DNA of 62,434 bases, filler included, from Squatina squatina (Eukaryota): assembly GCA_031763465.1 (NCBI GenBank). It is 4 parts of 4 records of this genome, joined end to end, with 100 filler letters (N's around TTAATTAATTAA, not from the genome) between each part and the next. Parts side by side here need not be neighbours in the genome. Positions count along the whole stretch, not along the records: positions 49,184 to 62,434 come from JARFOE010000176.1; 3 more parts are not named here. One strand, 5' to 3'. How positions within the stretch are numbered: position 1 is the stretch's first letter; each line of letters opens with the position of its first letter. Of the stretch, positions 50,836-62,434 are shown piece after piece. The notes under the pieces were generated by a model. The model had not been told where the DNA came from. It saw only the letters and a program-made list of their open reading frames with translations, and did not search any database. The translations under genes and the position numbers were made by a program.

Positions 50836-53800
50836 TATAGTTAGTAAGGAAGACCAATGTTGACCGTGGGGTCAATTTTAACCAGGGAGAGATTGGTGTG
50901 GGCAGGATCTGAGGTGGACGATTGTATAGGGCAGACTTGTTGGATCTAATTTTTTTGCATTACTGGCAGGTAATTTGTACAAAATGTTTTCCCTCTTCCC
51001 TGCTCTTTAAATAAAAATACATTGTAACATTCTGTCATTTGAAGTAAATGATTATTAATGGAATAAGCTGGATTTTGTGTTAGATTAAAAACAATTCTCC
51101 AGAATCCTCTTTTCCTTCTGTAAACCTCTTGAGAAATAAATTATCAATATGGGACAGATGTCATGGAGCAGGTTTGAAAATCTGGGCAAGACAAGAATTA
51201 GAATTAAACTTCCAAATATTTTTTGCAAAGGATCGCTGCATTAATGTTGCTCTCCTCAAAGTGTTAAAGAGGAAATTCTCTTCAAGTCCTTTTCAAACAA
51301 AACCAGAACTTGTTTGCAGCTGCTATCCAGTAGCTCTCGGATCCTGCAGATGTCGGGCAGTTAAACAACAGGACCAGTCTCGAGAGCAACCTGGATATAC
51401 CAAGAAAGGGATAAATCAAGTAACAAGTTTACTTGGAGCAGTCGCAGATGGAAAAGGGCTGAAGGGAATCAAGCACGGTCAGAAGCACAGAAAGATTGGC
51501 ACAGTAGTCGCAGGATCTGAAGTAATTAAGGATCAATATCTCACACGCCGAGCTCCAAGCATAAATGGTGTAGGAAAGCACCCAAGGCTGGCATCATGGT
51601 CAGAAGTTGGAGAAGATCAATGTAACAAAAGTCAAGGAATGCACCAAAGATAATGGGCAGATCAGAATAAAAATACAGACTTAGAGACCAAGAGAAGGAC
51701 AGGGATCAGCGAGTGAGAAAATTGAATGCAGAAAGAGCGAGTAAAATAGAAACCAGCGAAGTGGATTGCCCTAATGGTCTGTGCTGGTGTAACAGTAACT
51801 ACAACTAGTTAAAATTAATGGGTAATACACACTTTTTGCATGGTAANNNNNNNNNNNNNNNNNNNNNNNNNNNNNNNNNNNNNNNNNNNNNNNNNNNNNN
51901 NNNNNNNNNNNNNNNNNNNNNNNNNNNNNNNNNNNNNNNNNNNNNNGTCTCTATCCAATTTCCAGTGGATATAAATCCAGAGTACAAAACGGCCTTGAAT
52001 TTTGTATTCGTTGGTACTGATTGGCCAGTCTCACTGAGAGAAGCTGTGAGTGAGGATAGATCGTACTGGGAAACAAAGTGTTTTGTCACTGCAGTGGTGA
52101 GCTGTGTTGATGATGGGACTCAGTCACACTGATAAAGAACTGGGATAGTAAGAAACTCCAGACTGCATCTATTCCAGGCCTAAAATTGCATTTTTGACAA
52201 GGGAGTAAATAGTTCCTAGCTTAAAATTCAGTCTTTATTTTCTGCTCCTTTGAAAAATCATCCTATCGGCATTTTTCCTATAGTCGAACTTGCAATTTGA
52301 GTTATATTTCCAGCATCAAAAAGTAGATAAATTCTTGTTATAGCAATAAATATTAAACTTCAAATTTGCCTTTGTGTTTCTGTTTTGCTTTTCTTCTTAT
52401 TTTATGTTGCTCTTCTTATCCACTGAACCTAATCTCTGACTTGATACTGTTTGTGCTGAAATGAATTATAGTAGTTGCAAATTGCAACCCTCACTTAAAA
52501 CACAGAAAATAAACATCACTCATAAAATAGATGGAGTGCTTTCCCTCCCATCCCCATCATGTTCACTCCTCTCATTCCGAAGCCACTCAAAACATAATTT
52601 TATAACTTCAAAAAATGCCCTGTGCTTCCTTTTCCCCCACTTCTCTATATCTTCTATTCATATTATTTGAATTTTAGAATTTCTTTAGCTAATCTAAGTG
52701 AGTGTAATCAGCGGGAGGAATCATTATTTGTAGTGTTAAGAAACAGAAAGAGATACAAAACACTGGAGCTTTTTGTAGATCTCCTGACNNNNNNNNNNNN
52801 NNNNNNNNNNNNNNNNNNNNNNNNNNNNNNNNNNNNNNNNNNNNNNNNNNNNNNNNNNNNNNNNNNNNNNNNNNNNNNNNNNNNNNNNAGACTTTCTCTT
52901 CACCCCAGTCCTTGCAAAAACTATAAGGAGTATTTGATCTAAAAAGTAAACTTTAGAAACTAAATCGATTTTGTGATTTTACCTCACAATAATTTTTACC
53001 AAATGATTTGCAGTGTGTTTGATTGGCTGAAGCAAAGTATGGGGAAAGTGGTCCCCAAGCCTGTAGGGAGCTCTGTGCCTGCAACTGCTGGAGTGGAAGT
53101 GGACCCAGTGCCCCCAGGAAACGAGGTGCGTTCTGATGGCTCCTGACTAAAGTTATTCCAATTGCTTAGTACGTATTGATAAATACTTGTTTGATAATTG
53201 TTCTGATGTTTTGTATTTCATGAAGGATATAATCTTTTGGCTGAGTGACACGGTCTTTAGTTTGGACTGTGTCAGGTGCTTCTTCTGAAGCAACAGGCAA
53301 TGGGGTAAAAGCCATACCACAGTGTGTTTCACATTCTGCCTTGGACAACTTTGTCTAAACCTGGCATGTGTAATTACATGTATTTTTGACGACATTTTGC
53401 AATACGCAAGGTGGATGTTTGGTAAAAATTCCTTTCCACTGCCCGACCAACGCACTGGAAGTCCAGTCTCAGACAAGTGTCCAATATTGGAACAAAGTGG
53501 CATGACCAGTTCTTCCAATAGCCATCCATGTATCCTCTGTGAGTCTGGCAATGTGGTGTGAATCACTTTTGTGTTGTGGATTTGACACCATTTGGAGCTG
53601 GTTTAAAACTGTCCGAGCCGACTCCTGGCTGTGAGGGACCTCACTGAATTTCATCTCATTATTATGGGCTAAACTTGATTCCAGATGTGAAAGGACAGTG
53701 TGCTGTGCTTTGTACCATCCAGTCCCTATAGTTGCTGTGTGTTCCATATTTGGTCTGTGCACTGACACCTATTGCTCAGATGTAAATGGGGACCTTTGAC

Positions 53801-56800
53801 ACAGCATGTCATTCTACCCAGCAAAAATGGCTTTCACAGTTTCTGATTTCTGTGTTAGTCTTCACTCCACTTTCCAAAGGATGGTGCACAGTATAAGTAG
53901 CATGCTGTTGATTAAGCACTGTTGACCCCTGGAATGAGTTGCAGCAGGATATGGGATCTGGGTAACAATATTTATTGTCTGCCCATGCCAATGAATGTGA
54001 CCTTTGGCACCCAGTGTGCTTGGAGTAAGGTAATATTAGTACAATGTAGTCACAGCTGCTCCCCCGACCTGGAAGGAGTTCAGACAAACTAAGTGTAGAA
54101 TCCACACATTCATCTGAGAGACAGAGAAAGAGAGACAGAGCTGCTGGAATGGAAAACAAGCCAGCGGATGAAAACCGGACTGTGTGCACATCTGTCTCTC
54201 TTTTTGATGTTGGAGCTTTAATACCTTCACGTACACATGGAAACAAGAATATATGTGCACTCAACTTAGAGGCAATTCCTGTGCAACTATTGGTAAAATG
54301 CTGTCTTTAACTAAATTTCCTACCTTTATTCGAATTATTACCGATTTCTCTTACCTTGCAGGGCTTAACATTTAGCAAATGAAATCATCAAAAAAAATCA
54401 CAACAAATTTATACAGAAACGTTCAAAAATAAGTTTTTTTTTTAATCATTGTGAGTTCTCTCAAAGTCAAGCTGATTTATAATGTTGTCCAGTTTCCAGC
54501 ATTGCTGGTTTATAGTTTCTCANNNNNNNNNNNNNNNNNNNNNNNNNNTGTTGTGTCCTTTTTCTATTTTCTTTACGCCAATGTCCTACTTCCCTCATCA
54601 TTTTTATGATTTGTGTACAGCCAGCTGTATCTTCTCCTAAGTTCAACGTGTGGGCAAGTCTCAGCACCAGACAGTGATGAAAGCCATCTCCACCTTGGAC
54701 CCTCTGAGCAACTCAATGGCTGACAAATAGTTCCCCTCCCCATACTCTCATCATCCAACTAGATCTCCACTGTGAATTTCTTCAGCAAACAGGTCAATTT
54801 GATGGGCAAATGTTTGTCCACGATCCAAGGTGTATTTGATCTGGAATTTTTTGGGGGCTGAATCTTTGCTCAGTTGTTTCACTTCTAAGCAAATTTAAAC
54901 CTGCCTCTTGTTTTTCTTCAAAGCCAGGATTTAAATGTTTGAAAAATATGTCATTTATATTAATAGGACAGAGATTAATAATGCTTCAAGGATGGTTAAT
55001 TCGAATTCTTTAGCATTTTCACAAAGATGTGAAAGTTATGATGGGAAGATTATTTTCATGTCACACCCTTCCAAACAAAAAAATCAGCCTCAAGGTTGTC
55101 TAAGCAGACGTCTTTAGTGCACACTTTACAATTTTTCAGGCGGAAAACGCCAAAGAATAAAAATCCAGTTTGTGGAAAGCTAAGATTTATAAACGATTTC
55201 TTTTTTTTAAAAAAACGAACAATGAAANNNNNNNNNNNNNNNNNNNNNNNNNNNNNNNNNNNNNNNNNNNNNNNNNNNNNNNNNNNNNNNNNNNNNNNNN
55301 NNNNNNNNNNNNNNNNNNNNNNNNNAAAAAGAACTTAAAGCAACTTCTTCAAAGATATTTTAAAAATAACTTTTTATAATAAAAACCTAGTATTCAATTA
55401 TTTCTAGAGATAAAAATTGAATTCATATTAATTTCCTTTCTAGGTATTTGCTATAGGTGTCTTCTAATAACAGATCATTTCTTTTTTAACTTTAATCTGG
55501 TCCTGCTTGACAAGCTCCATTCTTTTCATTGAAGGGTAAGACCACTTAAAGAAAGGCCAATAAGCACTTGCACAACCCCGCTGACTGGGGTGATTTGTCA
55601 CCCTGTGCTCTGGTGGTCACAGGAATATATTTATCTCAAGGTAAATGGAGATGCTGAGGACCTGGATTCTGTAGCTGTGTTTAAGCCCCCCCCCCCCACG
55701 CCCCCCGCCCCCCAATTCTATTTTTTTTTGTTGCCTTGATAGATGTTGCTTGTGTTTATCTATTTGAAATGCCACTAAATCTGTAGAAAAAGATAGCCAG
55801 CAAAAAAATGTATAAGTGATTTATGTAGGTAAAGAAAGGACAATGAAAAGCCGGTGAATTACTGAAGAGCACCACTGTCGAAGAGAAATGTGTTTTTTTG
55901 CATAAATGCTGCATTAATAAAAAGTGCTCCACTTGGGTTATGGAGACTTCAGTAAGTTTCTGGCTTTAGCAGCCTGCTGTTAGACACTCAGGCCTGCACA
56001 ACACCTGGACATCATTTGCTTTGCTGTAGTTTTCTGATCTGATTGCTGATGGTGAGCATTCTAAGGCCTCCCTTTCAGGCTCAGAATTATGACAAGTTAT
56101 TAATTGGTCTCATTATATGCAGCAGCATGGCCCGAGATCTCTGCTGCTCTCTGGAGGTGAGATCGTACGTGAAAGACTCAACATGAAAAAGCAGGAACCA
56201 AAAGCACCGAAGCAAACTGCGCAACCCTGTGCTTCAAAAGGGATTGTGAGATTGTGAATAATTTATTAGAAAACATTTTTCTTTGTCCTTCCTGCAGTGC
56301 CACAAATCCTCTCTAATCTCCCTTTACCAAGCCCAGAGATAATATACTCACACATCTAAGAGCTTTGTGAAAGGGACTGTAGAAGCCTCAGGGTACTATC
56401 CTCCCCGGCTGTTTTGTAAAATCCTAGTGCAGGCCAAGGATTTGACTATTTAAGCCAATGTGTTATCTCCCATCAGCAAGCAAGTTAGCATTGGTTTCTC
56501 TAGGAATGAATCGTGTGACTGTGAAGGGTTCACTTACACTTTAACACCTACTCTCCCTCTCTGGTTGCTTCTCATGTAACAGACAGCTTTTTCAATGGTC
56601 CTTCCATCTGTGTTTTCTCTCCTGCAGTTGTTAAAATTTTAATTAACAACTCTAACTAATATGTGACTATTTTGTGGGGGCAGGGGTTGTGGNNNNNNNN
56701 NNNNNNNNNNNNNNNNNNNNNNNNNNNNNNNNNNNNNNNNNNNNNNNNNNNNNNNNNNNNNNNNNNNNNNNNNNNNNNNNNNNNNNNNNNNNCTGGATGT

Positions 56801-57075
56801 GATACTGATAAGCCAGAGTTGTTTGAGTGATAGCATAATCCAGTGCTGTAGGGTTGTTCCTCACGTTATTAAAATTTGAACCCTTTGCCATATTAAACAA
56901 TTTGCCTGGATCAGCTTTGTCAATACTTTTTCATGATCTTAATAATTTCCGTAAGATCTCCTTGAAGACTCTAGAGAAAACAGACCCAACTTCCATTACC
57001 TTCCCCCATAAATTAAATCTGTGAAAATCTAGAGTCATCTCTGGACCATCTTGAGTGTATTAATTCCCTGTCGCT

Positions 57076-57150
57076 GAACTGAGCCATACAGATCGGAATG
57101 ATTCCAGTTTCAATCCCTGGTTTGTGTTGAATTATCTAACTCCCAACTGC
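57076..57150 (+). mobile_element. Old SINE-like repeat fragment
   Basis: ACTGAGCCATACAGA...CCAGTTTCAATCCCTGGTTTGTGTTGAATTA, same family as 23318 and 59041. Confidence 0.45.
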
Positions 57151-57214
57151 TTAGCCTTTGGCCCCTCCATTCTTATCATTGATATCAATTGATATCATTC
57201 GACCGAGAGTGGCA

Positions 57215-57370
57215 TCTAGAAGGACGAGGGCAGTGGGTGCAAATAAGTGCAATCACCTACAAGTTTGCCTCCAAATTACACACCATCCTGACTTGGAAAT
57301 ATATCGCTGTTCCTTCATCGTCGCTGGAAACTCCCTCCCTAACAGCACTGTGGGAGTACCTTCACCACAC
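57215..57370 (+). mobile_element. LINE 3' region fragment
   Basis: CCATCCTGACTTGGAAATATATCGCTGTTCCTTC...AACTCCCTCCCTAACAGCACTGTGGGAGTACCTTCACCACA overlaps the start of the 41214 element. Confidence 0.65.
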
Positions 57371-57422
57371 AGACCATCTATTCAGTTTTCTGTCTTTCCC
57401 TAATCTAAACCTTCCCCCGGGC

Positions 57423-57571
57423 CAATGTTCCCTTTAAGCTGAGCGGCCACACGCATGCAACTGGTGCGCCAACTTTTAAATTGAAAAATAGGTGCATGCC
57501 TGGGCTTTTGAATGGGCCACGCAAGATTTTAAAGGGGCTGCACAGCCCCGAAAAAATTATGGGGAACATTG
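57423..57571. mobile_element. hAT-type MITE, 149 bp
   Basis: TIRs CAATGTTCCCTTTAA / TTATGGGGAACATTG (10 terminal bp perfect). Flanking 8-mers CCCCGGGC / CCCCAGGC (7/8) form a TSD. Confidence 0.85.
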
Positions 57572-57621
57572 CCCCAGGCCCTCCCAGCCCTGAAACCCTG
57601 CCTGAACTTTCCTTCCTCACA

Positions 57622-57680
57622 CTGCTGCAAAGCACCTTGGGACATTTTTCTATGTTGAAGGTGCTATATAAATGCAGCTT
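57622..57680 (+). mobile_element. DeuSINE/L2-like 3' tail
   Basis: AAAGCACCTTGGGACATTTTTCTATGTTGAAGGTGCTATATAAATGCA, matching the tail of the 21741 element and 44010-44060. Confidence 0.55.
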
Positions 57681-57931
57681 GCTGTTGGATTGGCTGATTG
57701 CAGACAGGGCAGCAGTTTGGGCATTACAATTAGCCTCAGTGTCCCTGGGTTACGAAGGGGTAAACTCCACCAGGATTCCTGCTCCTTACTGCTATTCTGT
57801 GACTCAAGGTCAGCTCCAGATCGGATCAGCTGACTCAAGCGTGGTTGGAGGAAGAAAACTTCTGGTATTTTAAAAGGACACTGCTGGCTCTGAAAGCACT
57901 TGCTGAAGCATGGAGATGTTATCATGTGCTA

Positions 57932-57990
57932 CATAGAAACATAGAAGATAGGAACAGGAGTAGGCCATTCGGCCCTTCGAGCCTGCTCCG
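57932..57990 (-). mobile_element. CR1/HE1-type 3' terminus
   Basis: CATAGAAACATAGAAGATAGGAACAGGAGTAGGCCATTCGGCCCTTCGAGCCTGC, with an 8-bp (TTCTATGT)n terminal repeat on the minus strand. Confidence 0.75.
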
Positions 57991-58600
57991 CAAACTGACA
58001 TCATCCCCTCAACAAAAATATTTACTTTTGAAGATTGTTAAAAAAAGTTGATCCTGTGAAGGCTATGTTTTTATTGAATCATTTCAGTTGCCAAACCCAG
58101 TTATTATTTTTAAAGCTATTGCTAGTTCCCAATAATAATGTTGGAATATTGAAAACCTTTACTTTTCCCAAATCATTTCACACTGTTTACTATTTCTTGT
58201 TCTGACTTTCTTGTTCCCCTTTTTCCTCAATCACCATGCTTCACATTATTTTTCTTTTTTAGGCACTGAGAGGGATGCAGTTGCTGTTGCCAGGCGACAG
58301 GCACTCTGTGTGAAGGCATGCAGGTCCATACGTCTTATACCTCAGGCTGTCATGGCCCATGGTGCCTTGCTTCCCTGTGCTTGCTGTCGGCAATGCAGAC
58401 CTTTTGCGTTGAGCATTTATCAAAGCACAGCATAGTAATGACCACTCACCAGAGGGGAAATTGAGATGACCCATAGGCCAAAGCTGTTAGGGAGACTGGT
58501 GGGAAGGGAAATTTGGGAAGTTAGAGTGCAGTTGGAAGTGAGATCGTGGGTAGGGAGAGCAGGGGTATGGAGAGCGGGAGAAGGGAGACCGGGGGTGTGG

Positions 58601-58674
58601 AAACATAGAAACATAGAAAATAGGTGCAGGAGTAGGCCATTAGGCCCTTCGAGCCTGCACCGCCATTCAATATG
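58601..58674 (-). mobile_element. CR1/HE1-type 3' terminus, runs into a gap
   Basis: AAACATAGAAACATAGAAAATAGGTGCAGGAGTAGGCCATTAGGCCCTTCGAGCCTGCACCGCCATTCAAT, near-identical to 57932. Confidence 0.8.
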
Positions 58675-61509
58675 NNNNNNNNNNNNNNNNNNNNNNNNNN
58701 NNNNNNNNNNNNNNNNNNNNNNNNNNNNNNNNNNNNNNNNNNNNNNNNNNNNNNNNNNNNNNNNNNNNNNNNNNTTGTTTGCATAAACTGTGTTTATTCA
58801 AAGTGACCAGTTATCCAAACAAAAGGGCTCTGTAATAACAATGTGTGAGGGGGTGTACAATTATGCACAGTCTTCAGTTCAAAATCAACTAGCTTGAAAT
58901 TCAGCATTATGCATTCACCCTGTATTACATCACTACTTTCAATCCTGCATTGTTCAGCAATTGCTAATACCTTAGCTCCAGTTATATGTGAATATCAATA
59001 TCCACATTTGCAGTGAAGCTTATTCAAAAATGCTTAATGCACCCAGTGTAGAATGGAGCCATGTAGACCAGGAAGGTTCCAGATTCTAATTCTGTCTGGG
59101 CTGAGTTAGCAGATGTTTGGCATGCTATAATTAACCGCAGTGTCCACGACGTTGGTGTTTGTAAAACCCAGCCTTGGCTGATGTTACTGATCACCATTGC
59201 TGCATGCAACTGATTGTTAGAGAAGGATAGGATCAGGCTTGTCATGGGCAAATAATCTCCCAGTACTGATTATCCAAGCTAACAAGTGAATGACAACTTG
59301 AGGTACCAAGGATGGTGGATATCTATAGAAATAATCACTTCCTTCAGGAGCAGAGGAGAAAAAATGGTCATGCTGGAAAAAACACTGAACATTTTCCTCA
59401 TTTTCAGTTTCTGTTTTTTTTGTTTTAAAAAAAATGGAATGTTATGAAAGTCAGGGTGAAGATGCATGTTACACTTTGTGTGTAAAACTAGGGGAGCAGT
59501 AAAGGAATTCAACATTACAACCAAACTCTTTCACCAATTCACTTTAGGAACCATTTTCCAATCTGAGCATAGAGATGGCAGGGACACTGCTGTCTGAGTG
59601 TTATGCTTGGCCAAGTTGTGCAAAGATTGCACCAATGCATCTTCTGGAGTCAGTTGTTACTGCACATTCACAGTGAACTCCCAGAGTGTAATCCAGCATT
59701 CAAAGGTTAGCAGCAGCTGCTGTGTGTGTGGGGAAATCAACCACATGTCTAGTTTTGCAAGTTGCACATAGGTAAAGCTATGCTCCCAAAATTAAACTTG
59801 TTCTTATAACTGCCAAAATAAATATAGAATGGGGCATTTTATTAACTATTAAATAGATTTCATGCATACAGATTACAAATTAATCAAATAAATACACATA
59901 AATGCAACATAGTGCATCTGCAAGACACAAATAATTATGATTCATAACAAGATTTAACTGTTAATAAATACTATAAGACAATTATCTTGACAGGAAGTTC
60001 TTGTCTATAACTATAACTCGCTGTGATTTAAGAAACCCTACATTTGCAATATGCTATGTTTGCAATATCTACACTCTGTGATGCTGCAAGTTTGCAGTTT
60101 TATCATCCCCTGTGTAACATCTATTTCACTGATTGCACGTTAATCACTTGTAAATNNNNNNNNNNNNNNNNNNNNNNNNNNNNNNNNNNNNNNNNNNNNN
60201 NNNNNNNNNNNNNNNNNNNNNNNNNNNNNNNNNNNNNNNNNNNNNNNNNNNNNNNGAACGATCCCCTTTAAGGGCTGAGGTGGCCTGACACTTCATAGCA
60301 GCTCCTTAGATCGGTTGCAGAATCAGCCTGCTGAAAGAAGTTAAGTGCCATTAGTGCCGATAGCACTGGTTTTTAGCATCAGGTTTTAATCTGCCCCAAA
60401 AAATTTGTCTGAGACCAATTCTCTGGCTTAAAATAATGGTGCTAAATTTACACATTTTGGTCCCATAGTGCTACAAACTTAAAAAAGACCAATTGGGCAC
60501 CAGTAATCTTTCAATGAATTGTCATCAAGCATTAGCTGGGAGTCTAGCTCATCGACAATTCCATGTCAAAAAAATGATCCAATTTTTATTTATAAAAATC
60601 CACGGCTGTATATAATATATTTTTTTAAATAACAGACTAGAGTGATGGCCGTGAAAGTAATTCTATCCCTAGAGTTCTGGTGACAATAAACCTCTCGAGG
60701 TTTAGGATGTCATTCGAATCACTAAATGAGACTATTTTCTTCTAATCATTCCCAGCCCAGTATTATTCTCTGCAGATGACCTAATAAACAATCTCAGGTC
60801 TGCCTCGGAGAAACTGCTTGTTTATCCTTTAAACCTTTTAACACCTTTATGTTAAACACGCAACAAATGTACAGAATATTTCCCTCTTCACCTGCTGAAA
60901 GTGTTTGTCTCTGCAGCAAATATCTTTCTGGTTATTAATCAAATCTTAGTTTATCATTTGTTTCTCCCGGTTTTCAGTCCAAATTGTTTTGCCTTCATGG
61001 CTCTTTGCTGGAAGACTCATGATGGGGTCTGGTTCCACAGCTCCTGATAACCTTGTGCTCACTCACCCAAATGCCATGCTGTTTATGTTAGCCTNNNNNN
61101 NNNNNNNNNNNNNNNNNNNNNNNNNNNNNNNNNNNNNNNNNNNNNNNNNNNNNNNNNNNNNNNNNNNNNNNNNNNNNNNNNNNNNNNNNNNNNNCGAATA
61201 GCTCTGTTAAGTATGGGCCCTTTAACGTTTAAGTTTGCACGTGTTTGAATGCTCAAATTCTGAAGTGACTAGTTGGGGGCTTGAAGGAAAAATTTCAAAG
61301 AGTCCCATTTCCAGAGCTAAATTCGGCACTTGGCGCTACCAACACTCAAAACCCGAACTGGGGGCCCTAAATGTCTGAACATGCAAACTTTTAAACAGGG
61401 ATAGTGATAGAGAGAGGGACAATATGACCGATTATTTTCCTTCCCAAACCCACCAATTTTTAGTCTTTCTCTATCCCAGTGGTGCTGAGCCCAACTGTAG
61501 TGGCCCAAA

Positions 61510-61590
61510 TGTTAGCCCAGCTGAGATCAGTCACCTTAACAGACTCAGGGAATCAGATTCTGAGACCTTCCTATTTTGTATGGCTCAGTT
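61510..61590 (-). mobile_element. Old SINE-like repeat fragment
   Basis: CTGAGATCAG...CAGGGAATC...GACCTTCC...TGTATGGCTCAGT is the reverse complement of the 57076/59041 family. Confidence 0.45.
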
Positions 61591-62380
61591 TTGTGCTATC
61601 GGGAAGCATCATTCAAAAATAATCTTAAACGGAAATAACAAACCACAATGACCAAGAGAAAAGAATTACAAACTCAAATGTGTCTCTGGAAAAAAATTTG
61701 CAACATATTTGATTTACAAAAACCGCTTATTTGAGCAGCTGCTTCAGGCCATGGCAATACAATTGTTAGAACTTAATAAATAATATGCAAGATGAAAAGA
61801 TGATAGAATATAGTAGACATGAGTCAGAGTGTAAAAATGCCCATTTTTTCCTCTGAAAACGCTCTTTGTTGCAACAAAAAACAACATTTTTGTGTGTTTG
61901 CTCTTTTACATTACATCCCATCATTCCAAGGATGTGGCTAATTAGGATTTGAATGAATACCATTATTTCTGTGTCCTCCTTGTAACATTCCAGATACAAT
62001 CCAGAGATGGCCACAAACACGCCTCAGTGTTAAGTAAAAAGAAGGCTATGGGACACGGCTGTTTAAAGGGTTAATGTCATTCACACCCACTCACGGTTGA
62101 TTCATTGGACAAAGGACCTTCTGTTGTCTATTCTGGGGCAGCTGCATTGAACTGTAGAAGTTTGAATCCTTTGTAGGAAGGAATAGGAAAAGTCAGTCTT
62201 TGTAAATTTTTCTTACAGAATATTCTACGAAACGCCTATATGTAACTATTAGGACATTAGAGTTTCAACTGGGCTGAAGAAAGTTTGTTTAAGCCCAAGA
62301 GAATTCTTTCAAGTTTTGTGTCTACAAACATCTGGATCAAAGACTGTAAAAAAGATACCAATATCAAAGTGAACCCTTTA

Positions 62381-62434
62381 CAAAAGCAAAATACTGCGGA
62401 TGCTGGAATCTAGAATATAAACAAAAAATACTGG
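62381..62434. mobile_element. Start of an interspersed repeat (shark-type, possibly Penelope-related), cut by the window end
   Basis: AAAAGCAAAATACTGCGGATGCTGGAATCT resembles a common chondrichthyan repeat end. Recalled, unverified. Confidence 0.4.

Noticed and set aside
58263-58435. Possible exon after a strong polypyrimidine tract and AG
   Set aside because: No frame gives a recognisable protein and no supporting evidence is available.

Overview
Vertebrate genomic DNA, most likely from a cartilaginous fish (shark-type CR1/HE1 tails, DeuSINE/SacSINE1-like SINEs, shark-type MITEs). It is not one contiguous locus. Three artificial 100-bp linkers (N44-TTAATTAATTAA-N44) join four scaffolds. (1) 1-20696 is a gap-free, purine-rich tandem satellite of about 400 copies of a 52-bp monomer. 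It has a GAGTGCACTC palindrome, an internal ~26-bp dimer structure, local higher-order repeats and spatially separated subfamilies. (2) 20797-35464 is a gapped scaffold with the last coding exon of BCAR1 and an intronless leukotriene B4 receptor-like GPCR. (3) 35565-49083 is a gapped scaffold with exons of SLC22A23, a TUBB2-type beta-tubulin, a clade-B serpin and DNAJC13, in conserved syntenic order but collapsed by 100-N gaps. (4) 49184-62434 is mostly non-coding and TE-derived, with two hAT-type MITEs that retain 8-bp TSDs and one unexplained stop-poor minus-strand region. There is no CRISPR array or prokaryotic system. The satellite architecture and the BCAR1-linked LTB4R-like gene are the most interesting items. 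All family assignments come from motif recognition and recall, with no database searches run.
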